Position numbers and translations under genes: made by a program
Notes under the pieces: model-generated
The model's database searches: none
Told to the model about the DNA's origin: nothing
The model's input: only the letters and a program-made list of their open reading frames with translations
In this document: one piece after another, positions 10,365-20,601 of the stretch
Layout of the letters: each line of letters opens with the position of its first letter
Numbering within the stretch: the stretch's first letter is position 1
Assembly: GCA_937937835.1 (NCBI GenBank)
Contig: CALDBJ010000127.1
Location: forward strand, 5,562-69,561
Direction of reading: 5' to 3'
Length of the DNA stretch: 64,000 nt
From: an uncultured Collinsella sp.
GTDB lineage: Bacteria; Actinomycetota; Coriobacteriia; Coriobacteriales; Coriobacteriaceae

Positions 10365-13300
10365 TTACGCCTCCTTCTTGGTCGAAGCAACAGAGCTGGC
10401 GGCGGCGGGCACAGCGCCAGCGACACCACCCGCCACATCAAAGCGAGCGACATCGGCGGCGTCGGCGCGACCGGTCACAATGTCAAACGTCAGCTCCTCG
10501 GCCTGCGCATGCGTCTTGCCGACGGCCTCGGCGGCGGCGACAATCGCCAGCACGCGCTCGTACTCGGTCGGAATGACCTTCACAAAGCGCTTGCTCATCG
10601 TCTCAAAGCTGTAGAGCAGCTTAATGCCGCGCGGGCTCTGCGTCGCGTCCACGTGCTCCTGGATGAGCTCGCGAATCTGCGCCAGCTCGCCGGCAGTCGG
10701 GGCTTTAAGCTCAACGCTCTCGTGGTTCACACGGGCATCGAGCGTGCCGTACTGGTCAAAGACATAGGCCACGCCACCCGTCATGCCGGCGGCGAAGTTC
10801 TGCCCGACCTCGCCCAGGATGAGCGCCAGACCGCCCGTCATGTACTCGCAGCCATGGTTGCCGCAGCCCTCGACCACCACCGTGGCACCGGAGTTGCGTA
10901 CGGCGAAACGCTGGCCGGCAAGGCCGTTAATGAAGCCGCGACCGCTCGTAGCGCCAAAGAACGCAACGTTGCCCACGATGATGTTCTCGTCGAACTTGTA
11001 GGTCGCATGCGGGTTGGGGCGCACCGACACCTCGCCGCCCGAAAGGCCCTTGCCAAAGTAGTCGTTGGCGTCGCCGCACACGTTGAGCGTAATGCCGCGC
11101 GGCAGGAAGGCGCCAAAGCTCTGACCGGCCGAACCATCGCAATCGATGGTGATGGAGCCGGCGGGCAGGCCCTCGGGATGCGCCTTGGTCACCGCGTTGC
11201 CCAAGATGGTGCCCACGCAGCGGTTGACGTTGGCGATATCGGCGCGGAAGCGAATCGGACGCAGGTGCGCACGGGCATCGGCCGTATAGGGCACAAACAA
11301 CGTGGAGTCGAGCGTCTTGTCGAGCTCGCTGTCCGCGGCCATCTGCGGCAGGAAGTGGCGACCGTCGGCACCCGGGATATGGGCACCAAACTCACAGGTC
11401 GCGCTTGCCAGCACGGGCGACAGATCGAGCAGGTTGGCCTTGCGGTTGCCCGGGACCTCGATCTGGCGTAAGCACTCGGGATGGCCGACCATCTCGTCGA
11501 CGGTGCGGAAGCCCAGGCTCGCCATGACCTCGCGCAGCTGCTCGGCAACAAAGAGCATAAAGTGCTCAACGTGCTCGGGCTTGCCGCGGAAGCCGCGACG
11601 CAGGCGGCAGTTTTGCGTAGCGATGCCGGCCGGGCAGGTGTCCTGCTGGCAGTCGCGCTGCATGAGGCAGCCCATGGAGATGAGCGGCATGGTCGCAAAA
11701 GCAAACTCCTCGGCACCCAGCAGGCAGGCGACGGCGACATCGGTGCCGTCCATGAGCTTGCCGTCGGCCTCGAGCACCACGCGTGAGCGCAGGCCGTTTT
11801 GCAGCAGCGTCTGCTGGGCCTCGGCAAGGCCAAGCTCCAGCGGCAGACCCGCATGCCAGATAGAGTCGCGCGCAGCGGCACCCGAGCCGCCATTGTGACC
11901 GCTGATCAAGATCTTGTCGGCAGCACCCTTGGCCACACCGGTGGCGATGGTGCCGACGCCGGCCTCGCTGACCAGCTTGACCGACACGCGCGCGCCGGGG
12001 TTGGCGTTCTTAAGGTCAAAGATCAGCTCTGCCAGATCCTCGATAGAGTAAATATCGTGGTGCGGCGGAGGCGAAATCAGGCCGATGCCGGGCGTGGACT
12101 GACGGACCTCGGCGATCCAGGGGTAGACCTTCTTACCGGGCAGGTGGCCACCCTCGCCGGGCTTGGCGCCCTGGGCCATCTTGATCTGAATCTCGAAGGC
12201 ACTGCACAGATAGCGGCTCGTCACGCCAAAGCGCGCACTTGCCACCTGCTTGATCGCGGAGTTCTTGGAGTCACCGTTAGCCAGCGGGGTCTCGCGACGC
12301 GGATCCTCACCGCCCTCGCCGGAGTTGGAACGGCCGTGCAGACGGTTCATGGCGATGGCCATGCACTCGTGTGCCTCTTTGCTGATGGAGCCATACGACA
12401 TGGCGCCGGTGTTAAAGCGGCGGACGATGTTGCGCGCGGGCTCGACCTCGTCGAGTGCCACCGGAGTGCGGCCGCTGGCATCAAAGTCGAGCAAGTCGCG
12501 CAGGCGCACGGCCCGGCCGGTGCGGTGCAGGCGGGCGCTGTACTCCTTAAAGGTGTCGTAGCTGTCCTCACGGCAGGCGGTCTGCAGCAAGTAGACGGTC
12601 TGAGGGTCGATCAGGTGATCCTCGCCGCCGAGCGGGCGCCACTTGGTCAGGCCCAGTGTGGGCAGCTGATCGGGAGCCGGACTCTTAAGGATAGCGAGCG
12701 CGGCGTCGTAGCGCTCATTCTGCTCGCGCTCGACGTCCTCGACACCCATACCGCCCACACGGCTCACCGTGCCGGCGAAGTACGCGTTGACGAACTCCGG
12801 CGTAAAGCCCACGGCCTCGAAGATCTGCGCCGAATGGTAGCTCTGCACCGTGGAGATGCCCATCTTGGACATGATGGAGACGATGCCCGCCGTCGCGGCC
12901 TTGTTGTAGTTGGCAATGCCCCGCTCGGCCGTCACGTCCAGGTCGCCGCGCGCCGCCAGATCGCGGATGCACACATGTGCGTTGTACGGATAGATGCCGC
13001 TCGAGGAGTAGCCCACCAGTGCCGCAAAGTCGTGCGGAGACACGGCATCGCCGCACTCCACCACGATATCGGCAAAGGTGCGCACGCCAGCGCGGATCAG
13101 GTGATTGTGCACGCAGCCCACGGCGAGCAGCGACGGCACGGGCACCTCGCCCGCAGCGGCACGATCGCTCAGCACCACGATGTTCACGCCGTCGCGGACC
13201 GCAGCCTCAACGTCCTCGGCAAGCTGCTTGAGCGCAGCCTGCAGTGCGCCCTCGCCGGCGTCGCGGCGGTAGACGGCACGGAAGCGGCGAGTCTTAAAGC

Positions 13301-15062
13301 CCACGCGGTCGATGGCGCAGATGCGGTCAAACTCCTCCTCGTTGAGCAACGGACGCTCCAAGCGCACCAGCTGGCAGGCCGTACGGGAGTCCTCGAGCAG
13401 GTTACCGTGGTTGCCCAGGTAGAGCGTGGTCGAGGTGACCATATGCTCGCGTAGGGCGTCGATCGGCGGGTTCGTGACCTGAGCGAACAGCTGATAGAAG
13501 TAGTCAAAGAACGAGCGCGTCTTCTTGGACAGGCAGGCCAGCGGCGCGTCGATGCCCATCGAGGCGAGCGGCGCCTTGCCCTGCTGGGCCATGGGACGCA
13601 CGACCTCGTCGACGTCATCCCAGTGGTAGCCGAGCTTGGCCATGCGCACGGCGGCGGGCACCTCGGCGTCCTCGGCGGGCGTTGCCGCAACGGGCTCATC
13701 GAGCGCGTCAACGGTCAGCGTCTCCTCGGCAATCCAGTCGCGGTAGGGCTTTTCCTTGGCGTAACGGGCGCGCAGCTCATCGTTGTAGATCACGCGGCCG
13801 CGGGCAAAATCGACCTCGAGCATCTGGCCCGGCCCCAGACAGCCGCTCGTCAGGATGTTCTCGGGGCTCACCTCGATGGTGCCCACCTCGCTTGCCAGCA
13901 TAAAGCGACCGTCGCGCGTCACATAGTAGCGGGCGGGACGCAGGCCGTTACGGTCGAGGGCGGCACCCAGCGTGCGACCGTCGGTAAAGGCGATGGCCGC
14001 CGGGCCGTCCCACGGCTCCATGAGCATGGACTGGTAGGCGTCGTAGGCGCGGCGTTCCTCGCTCAGACTGTCGTTGTGGTCCCACGGCTCGGGCAGCAGC
14101 ATGGACGCGGCACGCGTGAGCGGGCGACCGTTCATGACCAAGAACTCGAGCACGTTGTCCAGAATCGCGGAGTCGGAACCCTCGCGGTTGATGATGGGCA
14201 TCACACGCTCAAGATCGTGCTGCAACACGGGACTGTACAGGTTGGGTTCGCGGGCGCGAATCCAGTTGACGTTGCCCTTGAGGGTGTTGATCTCGCCGTT
14301 GTGGATGATAAAGCGGTTGGGGTGCGCGCGCTCCCAGCTGGGCGTGGTGTTGGTGGAGTAGCGTGAGTGGACGAGCGCCACGGCCGTCTTGACGGCGGCA
14401 TCGTTGAGATCGATGAAGAAGCGACGCATCTGCGTGGCGACGAGCATGCCCTTGTACACGATAGTACGCGAGCTCATGGAGCACACGTAGAAGATCTTAT
14501 CGCGCAGGGCAAACTCGGCGTCGGCCTTCTTTTCGATGGTGCGGCGACACACGTACAGACGGCGCTCAAAGGCGTCGCCCGCCGGCGTGTCGTCCGGACG
14601 ACCCAGGAAGGCCTGCAGGATAGTGGGCATACAGGCGCGGGCCGTCTCGCCCAGGTCGTGCGGGTCGACCGGCACCTCGCGCCAAAAGAGCAGCGGCACG
14701 CCGGCCTCGGCGCAGCCCTCCTCAAACACGCGGCGGGCATCCTCTACGCCCTTGTCGTCCTGCGGGAAGAACAGCATGGCCACGCCATAGTCGCCCTCTG
14801 CCGGCAGGATCTGGCCGCACTTTTGAGCCTCTTTACGGAAAAAGTGGTGCGGAACCTGGAACAGGATGCCAGCACCGTCACCGGTATTCTTCTCAAGTCC
14901 CGTGCCGCCGCGGTGCTCCAAGTTGACCAGAATGGACAGCGCATCGTCCAGAATCTGGTGATGGCGCTCACCGTTGATATCGGCAAGCGCGCCGATGCCA
15001 CATGCATCGTGATCGAATTCGGGGCGATAAAGGCCCTGCTGCTGAGCGGAATCTGCCTGCAT
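10365..15062 (-). CDS. gltB: Glutamate synthase large subunit
   Basis: DACGIG, HSRYSTNT, EPWDGP, AQGAKPGEGG and GXGXG repeats; 1565 aa. Confidence 0.97.
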   Translation of the reverse strand: MQADSAQQQGLYRPEFDHDACGIGALADINGERHHQILDDALSILVNLEHRGGTGLEKNTGDGAGILFQVPHHFFRKEAQKCGQILPAEGDYGVAMLFFPQDDKGVEDARRVFEEGCAEAGVPLLFWREVPVDPHDLGETARACMPTILQAFLGRPDDTPAGDAFERRLYVCRRTIEKKADAEFALRDKIFYVCSMSSRTIVYKGMLVATQMRRFFIDLNDAAVKTAVALVHSRYSTNTTPSWERAHPNRFIIHNGEINTLKGNVNWIRAREPNLYSPVLQHDLERVMPIINREGSDSAILDNVLEFLVMNGRPLTRAASMLLPEPWDHNDSLSEERRAYDAYQSMLMEPWDGPAAIAFTDGRTLGAALDRNGLRPARYYVTRDGRFMLASEVGTIEVSPENILTSGCLGPGQMLEVDFARGRVIYNDELRARYAKEKPYRDWIAEETLTVDALDEPVAATPAEDAEVPAAVRMAKLGYHWDDVDEVVRPMAQQGKAPLASMGIDAPLACLSKKTRSFFDYFYQLFAQVTNPPIDALREHMVTSTTLYLGNHGNLLEDSRTACQLVRLERPLLNEEEFDRICAIDRVGFKTRRFRAVYRRDAGEGALQAALKQLAEDVEAAVRDGVNIVVLSDRAAAGEVPVPSLLAVGCVHNHLIRAGVRTFADIVVECGDAVSPHDFAALVGYSSSGIYPYNAHVCIRDLAARGDLDVTAERGIANYNKAATAGIVSIMSKMGISTVQSYHSAQIFEAVGFTPEFVNAYFAGTVSRVGGMGVEDVEREQNERYDAALAILKSPAPDQLPTLGLTKWRPLGGEDHLIDPQTVYLLQTACREDSYDTFKEYSARLHRTGRAVRLRDLLDFDASGRTPVALDEVEPARNIVRRFNTGAMSYGSISKEAHECMAIAMNRLHGRSNSGEGGEDPRRETPLANGDSKNSAIKQVASARFGVTSRYLCSAFEIQIKMAQGAKPGEGGHLPGKKVYPWIAEVRQSTPGIGLISPPPHHDIYSIEDLAELIFDLKNANPGARVSVKLVSEAGVGTIATGVAKGAADKILISGHNGGSGAAARDSIWHAGLPLELGLAEAQQTLLQNGLRSRVVLEADGKLMDGTDVAVACLLGAEEFAFATMPLISMGCLMQRDCQQDTCPAGIATQNCRLRRGFRGKPEHVEHFMLFVAEQLREVMASLGFRTVDEMVGHPECLRQIEVPGNRKANLLDLSPVLASATCEFGAHIPGADGRHFLPQMAADSELDKTLDSTLFVPYTADARAHLRPIRFRADIANVNRCVGTILGNAVTKAHPEGLPAGSITIDCDGSAGQSFGAFLPRGITLNVCGDANDYFGKGLSGGEVSVRPNPHATYKFDENIIVGNVAFFGATSGRGFINGLAGQRFAVRNSGATVVVEGCGNHGCEYMTGGLALILGEVGQNFAAGMTGGVAYVFDQYGTLDARVNHESVELKAPTAGELAQIRELIQEHVDATQSPRGIKLLYSFETMSKRFVKVIPTEYERVLAIVAAAEAVGKTHAQAEELTFDIVTGRADAADVARFDVAGGVAGAVPAAASSVASTKKEA

Positions 15063-15131
15063 CGCGATCCTCCCCTAGACATTTAGACAGTCAGTTGAAT
15101 AGGCATACTAGGAGCATCGCCGGCCCGTTGT

Positions 15132-15163
15132 GTTTCCCGCCCGTTTCGAAACAATCGCGTAAC
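15132..15163. promoter_or_regulatory. Candidate nitrogen-regulator (GlnR-like) site upstream of gltB
   Basis: Symmetric GTTTC-N6-GTTTC-GAAAC-N6-GTAAC. Confidence 0.35.
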
Positions 15164-15245
15164 GCGCGCCCTACGAGTGGACACCGCCGACCTCAAGGAC
15201 GACAACAAGGCGCCCAAGTTCGACCTGTAAGCTCACCGCTTCAAA

Positions 15246-15304
15246 CATCTCAATCTGTAACAGTAAGACCCAATTTCCATCCCTAGTTGTTACAGATCAA
15301 GACA
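15246..15304. repeat. Family A hairpin repeat, single unit
   Basis: CATCTCAATCTGTAACA-N25-TGTTACAGATCAAGACA. Confidence 0.9.
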
Positions 15305-15441
15305 TTTCAGCAATCCCCTTTCACCATCCTATTCAAATACAACAATTTTGTTAGTCTTGGTTAACTTCTGAGCCTAAAACGGGTATCCTTTGCGGCGTCA
15401 AACAAACGGCACGCATGCCGTGCCACATTAAGGAGGCCCCT

Positions 15442-16215
15442 ATGGCAAACCAGACAGACCAACAGACGATCCAACTCGTCCTTATCCGCCACGGAGAGTC
15501 GGAGTGGAACAAACTCAACCTGTTCACCGGCTGGACCGACGCAGAGCTCACCGACACGGGCCGCGAAGAAGCCGCCGCAGGCGGTCGAGCCCTCAAAGAA
15601 GCCGGTTTCGACTTTGACGTCTGCTACACTTCGCGCCTCAAGCGCGCGATCCACACCCTCAACATCGTGCTCGGCCAAATGGATCGCGAGTGGCTGCCCG
15701 TCATCAAATCCTGGAAGCTCAACGAGCGCCACTACGGCGCGCTGCAGGGTCTCAACAAGGCCGATGCCGCGGCGGAGCACGGCGACGAACAGGTGCTCAT
15801 CTGGCGCCGCTCCTTCGATATCTGCCCGCCGGCACTCGAGCCGAACGACGCGCGCGATCCCCACACCCAGGAGCAATGCCGTGATGTCGCACCCGACCAG
15901 CTGCCCTACACCGAGTGCCTCAAGGACACGATAGCCCGTGCCTGGCCTTATTTCGAAGACGAGATTCGCCCCCAGATGCTCGCCGGCAAGCGCGTACTCA
16001 TCGCCGCACACGGCAACTCCCTGCGCTCTCTCGTCATGAAGTTCGAGCACCTCACGCCCGAGGAGATCCTCAAGGTCAACATCCCCACCGGCGTGCCGCT
16101 CGTCTACACCTTCGATGCCGATTTCAACGTCCTCGACAAGCGCTACATCGGCGACCCGGCGACCATCGCCGCCAAGATCGACGCCGTGGCCAACCAAGGC
16201 AAGGCGCACAAGTAG
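15442..16215 (+). CDS. gpmA: 2,3-bisphosphoglycerate-dependent phosphoglycerate mutase
   Basis: LIRHGESEWN, LNERHYGALQG, AAHGNSLR; AGGAGG RBS. Confidence 0.97.
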   Translation: MANQTDQQTIQLVLIRHGESEWNKLNLFTGWTDAELTDTGREEAAAGGRALKEAGFDFDVCYTSRLKRAIHTLNIVLGQMDREWLPVIKSWKLNERHYGALQGLNKADAAAEHGDEQVLIWRRSFDICPPALEPNDARDPHTQEQCRDVAPDQLPYTECLKDTIARAWPYFEDEIRPQMLAGKRVLIAAHGNSLRSLVMKFEHLTPEEILKVNIPTGVPLVYTFDADFNVLDKRYIGDPATIAAKIDAVANQGKAHK

Positions 16216-16290
16216 CCCAAACCTAAACCCAGGGCGTGGCGCCGCGCAACCCAAGTGCAGCGCCACGCCACCCCAACGTAGGAACCAGCC

Positions 16291-17547
16291 ATGCTCAACC
16301 ATCTCAAACAACACTTTGGCTCGCACCGCACTGGCGGTCACGGAGGCCTAGACATTGCGCGGCATATCGGCCCCGGGTTGCTCGTCACCGTCGGCTTTAT
16401 CGACCCGGGCAACTGGGCCTCCAATATGGCCGCGGGCTCGCAGTTTGGCTACGCGCTGCTGTGGATCGTCACGCTGTCCACGATTATGCTCATTGTGCTG
16501 CAGCACAACGCGGCACACCTGGGTATCGCAACGGGCGCCTGTCTTGCCGAGGCCACGACACGCTACCTCTCCCGCTTCGTTGGACGCACGGTACTCGTCA
16601 GTGCTTATCTCGCGACCATCGCCACCACCATGGCCGAAGTCCTGGGTGGTGCGATTGCCCTTCAAATGCTCTTTGGGCTGCCCGTACGCGCCGGCTGCGT
16701 CATCGTGGCGGCGGCATCGATGGCGATGCTCATGACGAGCTCCTACAAACGCGCCGAGCGCTGGATTATCGCCTTCGTGGGCGTGGTAGGACTCTCGTTT
16801 TTGGCCGAGCTTGCACTAGTCAACGTCGACTGGCCGCAAGCCGCCACAAGCTGGATCACACCCAGTATGCCCACCGGCTCTGCCGCGATTATCGTAAGTG
16901 TCCTAGGCGCGGTCGTTATGCCCCACAACCTTTTTCTGCACTCCGAGGTCATCCAATCCATGCACTTCGAAGGCCAAGGCGAGCAGGTTATCGAAGAGCG
17001 TCTGCGCTACGAGCTTTTCGACACGCTCTTTTCGATGGGCGTGGGTTGGGCAATCAACTCGGCCATGGTCATCCTGGCCGCGACGACCTTCTTTGCGCAC
17101 GGCATTGTCGTAGACGACCTCGCCGTCGCAGCGGCCACGCTCTCCCCCATTCTGGGCCCGGCAAGCTCGACCATCTTTGCGGTAGCGCTGCTGTTCGCGG
17201 GACTATCGAGTAGTGTGACGGCGGGCATGGCGGCGGGAACCATCACCGCGGGCATGTTCGACGAGGAATACGACATCCACGACCGACATTCCTCGATCGG
17301 GGTGGCGGCTTGTTTCGTCGGCGCTGTGACGGCGTGCTTGGTCGTCCCGAATCCTTTTGAAGGTCTCATTTGGAGTCAGGCGCTGCTGTCGCTTCAGCTG
17401 CCGATTACGGTCTTTGTGCTCATACGGCTCACCAGCTCACGCCGCGTCATGGGCAAATACGCCAACTCGCGCCCGCTCAACGCGCTGCTCGTAGGGATCG
17501 GTGCCATCGTGACGATTCTCGATGTCGTGTTGTTGACAGGGATGTAA
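16291..17547 (+). CDS. mntH: Nramp-family divalent metal transporter
   Basis: DPGNW and MPHNLFLHS signatures; multiple TM helices. Confidence 0.9.
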   Translation: MLNHLKQHFGSHRTGGHGGLDIARHIGPGLLVTVGFIDPGNWASNMAAGSQFGYALLWIVTLSTIMLIVLQHNAAHLGIATGACLAEATTRYLSRFVGRTVLVSAYLATIATTMAEVLGGAIALQMLFGLPVRAGCVIVAAASMAMLMTSSYKRAERWIIAFVGVVGLSFLAELALVNVDWPQAATSWITPSMPTGSAAIIVSVLGAVVMPHNLFLHSEVIQSMHFEGQGEQVIEERLRYELFDTLFSMGVGWAINSAMVILAATTFFAHGIVVDDLAVAAATLSPILGPASSTIFAVALLFAGLSSSVTAGMAAGTITAGMFDEEYDIHDRHSSIGVAACFVGAVTACLVVPNPFEGLIWSQALLSLQLPITVFVLIRLTSSRRVMGKYANSRPLNALLVGIGAIVTILDVVLLTGM

Positions 17548-17573
17548 TGGGACGGGGCACCCACCCAGGCAAA

Positions 17574-17871
17574 CGTCTCGATCTGTAACATCTAGACCCG
17601 CTTTTGATGTCCAGATGTTACAGATCGAGATCATTCCGAGGAACAGCTCCGTTTGTCTCAATCTGTAACACGTAGACCCCGTTTTTACCGTCAGATATTA
17701 CAGATTGAGATTTTGAGAATGATGGTTTTGGTTTGTCTCGATCTGTAACAGGTGGACCCGATTTCCGCTTCTAGATGTTACAGATCGAGACATTTCTTCA
17801 GCTCCAACCTTTTGTCTCGATCTGTAACAGATAGACCCTTTTTGAGCCGTTAGATGTTACAGATTAAGACA
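17574..17871. repeat. Family A array, 4 units (starts 17574, 17654, 17734, 17813)
   Basis: Same 17-25-17 geometry and 79-80-bp period as the array at 7485. Confidence 0.95.
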
Positions 17872-17938
17872 AACAGTCAGCCGGACTCACGACAGACAGG
17901 ATAGGCTAACAGCAGCCGTGATCCCTTGGGGGCGGAAG

Positions 17939-17975
17939 AAAAGGGCCCCGGCCGGGATGACCGACCGGGGCCCTT
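17939..17975 (-). terminator. Intrinsic terminator after rubredoxin
   Basis: AAGGGCCCCGG...CCGGGGCCCTT with a T-tract on the minus strand. Confidence 0.75.
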
Positions 17976-18014
17976 GGACAGAGCTATGTTCGGCTTTCGC
18001 CGTGTGCCTGCGAG

Positions 18015-18158
18015 CTACTCCTCGACAAGCTCAAACTGATCGGGGCCGACGCCGCACACCGGGCACACGTAGTCCTCGGGCAGCTCGGGCGTGTCGACCT
18101 CAACCTCGTAACCGCAAACGACGCACACAAACTTATACGTCTTCTTCTCCTCAGCCAT
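18015..18158 (-). CDS. Rubredoxin (47 aa, absent from the ORF track)
   Basis: [47 protein letters not shown]; two CxxCG motifs; GAGGAG RBS. Confidence 0.92.
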   Translation of the reverse strand: MAEEKKTYKFVCVVCGYEVEVDTPELPEDYVCPVCGVGPDQFELVEE

Positions 18159-18247
18159 GATGTTCTCCTCTCGAACGCGACTGGTGATGTACTTCGCTTA
18201 TTAGTATATGTTCTCAATAATATAATGCAAGTGTTTTTACAACAATT

Positions 18248-18751
18248 CTAGCCTTGATAGGACGAGGCCTTCGGAGGCGTCTTGCCCTTCAGAACCTTGT
18301 GATAGTAGTCGTACGTCAGCGGCGTCTCGTCGCTCAGGCGCTCGGCATCCTCGACCTCGCCGATAAACAGTAGATGCGTGCCCACATCCACAGTATCGAT
18401 CAAACGGCAGCTAAACAGCGCTGCCGCGTGCTCGGGCACATAGGGCATGCCCAGAGCCGTCTCGCGGGTCTCGTATTTGGCAAACTTGTCATAGTCGCTG
18501 CTGGTGCGGAACCCAAAGTTACCGATGTAGAGCATGTCGGCAGTCTGATCGATCACGGTCAGCGCGAACGCTTTGGCCGATGCGATGACGCCCGAGGTGA
18601 CGTTGTCCTTGTTCACGGCAACCGAAATGCGCGGCGGCATGGACGTCACCTGCACCGCCGTATTGATGACGCAGCCGGCGCGCAGCCCGTCTGCCGCAGC
18701 GCTCACCACGTACAGACCACTCGGCATGGTAAAGAACGCAGTTTTGTCCAT
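18248..18751 (-). CDS. Flavin reductase-like protein
   Basis: PSGLYVVS, GCVINTAVQVTS, VGTHLLFIG, PLTYDYYH; start at 18751 with a GGGAG RBS. Confidence 0.88.
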   Translation of the reverse strand: MDKTAFFTMPSGLYVVSAAADGLRAGCVINTAVQVTSMPPRISVAVNKDNVTSGVIASAKAFALTVIDQTADMLYIGNFGFRTSSDYDKFAKYETRETALGMPYVPEHAAALFSCRLIDTVDVGTHLLFIGEVEDAERLSDETPLTYDYYHKVLKGKTPPKASSYQG

Positions 18752-18881
18752 AACGATCACTCCCCTAACCCGGGTTGGTACCTTATGGATGTATGTACCC
18801 ACAAAAAAGGCGGCGCCCATAACGGACGCCGCCCCATACACATATGTGCCAAGATTGCAGGTCAGCCAAGTCCCTCCACCA

Positions 18882-18948
18882 AGTTGCGGTGAAATAGTTC
18901 CTGCTTGTCGGGTATTTGGCCTCAAACAGGAACTATTCCACCGCAACT
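18882..18948. repeat. Family B hairpin repeat (67 bp)
   Basis: AGTTGCGGTGAAATAGTTCCTG...CAGGAACTATTCCACCGCAACT. Confidence 0.9.
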
Positions 18949-18960
18949 TATACAGAGTGC

Positions 18961-19431
18961 CTAGCGATTACGCTCCTTAAGCGCGCGGTCAATCTCGCGC
19001 TGAACGTCGCGCTTGGCCATATCCTCGCGCTTGTCGTAAAACTTCTTGCCGCGGCCTAGGCCCAGCAGCAGCTTTACGCGGCCGTCGGTATTAAAATACA
19101 GCTCCAGCGGCACCAGGGCATAGCCGCGATTACGTAGCTTACCGTCGAGAAAGTCAATCTCCTTGCGGTGCAGCAGCAGACGACGACGGCGATCAGGGTC
19201 GCGGTTCCACACGCCACCATGGCTATAAGGATGAATATGCAGCCCCACGAGCCAGCACTCGCCGCCACGAATCAGTGCAAAGGTGTCGGTGATCTGGCAC
19301 GCGCGCTCGCGAATCGACTTGACCTCGGTACCGCTCAGCTCAATGCCGCACTCAAAGGTCTCATCGATAAAGTACTCGTGGTGTGCCGAGCGATTCTTGG
19401 AGATGAGCTTGCGCTCGCGCTTACTGGGCAT
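18961..19431 (-). CDS. smpB: SsrA-binding protein
   Basis: GIELSGTEVKSIR, RRLLLHRKEI, GKKFYDKRE. Confidence 0.97.
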   Translation of the reverse strand: MPSKRERKLISKNRSAHHEYFIDETFECGIELSGTEVKSIRERACQITDTFALIRGGECWLVGLHIHPYSHGGVWNRDPDRRRRLLLHRKEIDFLDGKLRNRGYALVPLELYFNTDGRVKLLLGLGRGKKFYDKREDMAKRDVQREIDRALKERNR

Positions 19432-20338
19432 CGCTGGCCTCCTCGGTCCCATCGACGTTTGAGCCCGCGGCGTCGCGCTTTGCCTTGCGCTCAGCATTGA
19501 GCTCGGCATCGCTCTCGCGCACCAGTTTGATAATCGCCGCGCAGGCCTCCTCGCCCACAAGGTCGCGAGCACGCACTGTCAGGCGCGTCGCCTCCTGCTT
19601 GTCGCCGTCGCTTGCAGCATCGGTCGCGCACATAATCAGGCAGATGGCAATCTCGGCCGAAGGCGAGGTCGGCACGCCTTGCAGGGCCAGTTCACCCATC
19701 ACGTGCTCGTCGCTCTCCTCGGCGGCATCCGGATAGGTGGTATGAATCTTGTTGAGCAGGCGCGTCGTGTGCGCATCGTTGGGCGCTAAGCGCAGTGCCA
19801 GACGCGCGCAACCCACGGCGGCCGAGACATTCTCGGTCTCGGGCTCAAGGAAATACTGGCCCAAGTTGGCATAGGCGCGGGCGGCACACTTGCCATCGCT
19901 TGCACGCTCCAGCACCGAAAACGAGAGCGATGCCCATTCCTGCTTGTCCTCGAGCGCGCGGAACAGCTCGGCCAAGTCCAAGCGATAGTTGCAGTTCATG
20001 GGGTCCCAACGCACAGCCTGCATCAGGGCATTACGAGCGCTCACATAATCCTGCTGGCGAATGTAGGCAAACGCCATGTCAGAGTACAGGCGGTCAAACG
20101 GCACCTCGACCTGCACGAGCTCGCGCGGATCCTTCTCCACGCGGCGATAGGCCAAGCGCTCAAACTTGCTATCGAAGCTAAAGTATTGGCGCTTCTCCTC
20201 CGTCTTGCACTCAGCGTCGATATACTCCTCGGCGAGCTCCACCAGACGCTCCAGCAGCGGCGTCGCCGTAGCCAGGTCGCCCTGCGCCAGATAGTTCTCG
20301 GCATACGTGATGTCTTCCAAGCTGATAGGCAGGTCCAT
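19421..20338 (-). CDS. TPR-like hypothetical protein
   Basis: Helical repeats (ARNALMQAVRWDP, AYANLGQYF); overlaps the smpB start. Confidence 0.75.
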   Translation of the reverse strand: MDLPISLEDITYAENYLAQGDLATATPLLERLVELAEEYIDAECKTEEKRQYFSFDSKFERLAYRRVEKDPRELVQVEVPFDRLYSDMAFAYIRQQDYVSARNALMQAVRWDPMNCNYRLDLAELFRALEDKQEWASLSFSVLERASDGKCAARAYANLGQYFLEPETENVSAAVGCARLALRLAPNDAHTTRLLNKIHTTYPDAAEESDEHVMGELALQGVPTSPSAEIAICLIMCATDAASDGDKQEATRLTVRARDLVGEEACAAIIKLVRESDAELNAERKAKRDAAGSNVDGTEEASDAQ

Positions 20339-20436
20339 AGCTACTCCTCGATCTGAGCGAAACACGGCAGGCGCCGTATATACGGTCGATACACAAAACC
20401 CGGGTCTCTTGCGAGGCCCGGGCGTTCATTTGTGGG

Positions 20437-20510
20437 TAGCCCGTACCAGATTCGAACTGGTGATCTCCGCCTTGAGAGGGCGGCGTCCTAAACCGCTAGA
20501 CGAACGGGCC
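20437..20510 (-). tRNA. tRNA-Glu(CTC)
   Basis: GGCCCGTTCGTCTAGCGG...CCGCC-CTCTCAA-GGCGG...GTTCGAATC...ACGGGCTA cloverleaf. Confidence 0.95.
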
Positions 20511-20527
20511 ATATGTAGCAAATGCAA

Positions 20528-20601
20528 TGGCTGGGATGGAGGGAGTCGAACCCCCATTGACGGAACCAGAATCCGCTGTCCTGCCATTAGACGACATCCC
20601 A
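20528..20601 (-). tRNA. tRNA-Gln(CTG)
   Basis: TGGGATGTCGTCTAATGG...GCGGA-TTCTGGT-TCCGT...GTTCGACTC...ATCCCAGCCA. Confidence 0.95.

Noticed and set aside
18755..18960. tmRNA next to smpB
   Set aside because: The gap is too short and is filled by a terminator and a family B repeat; no tRNA-like ends.
20433..20437. tRNA-Glu 3' end disrupted by an integration (reads ACCCA rather than ACCA)
   Set aside because: Non-encoded CCA is common, a normal terminator follows, and no duplicated tRNA 3' end was seen in the window.
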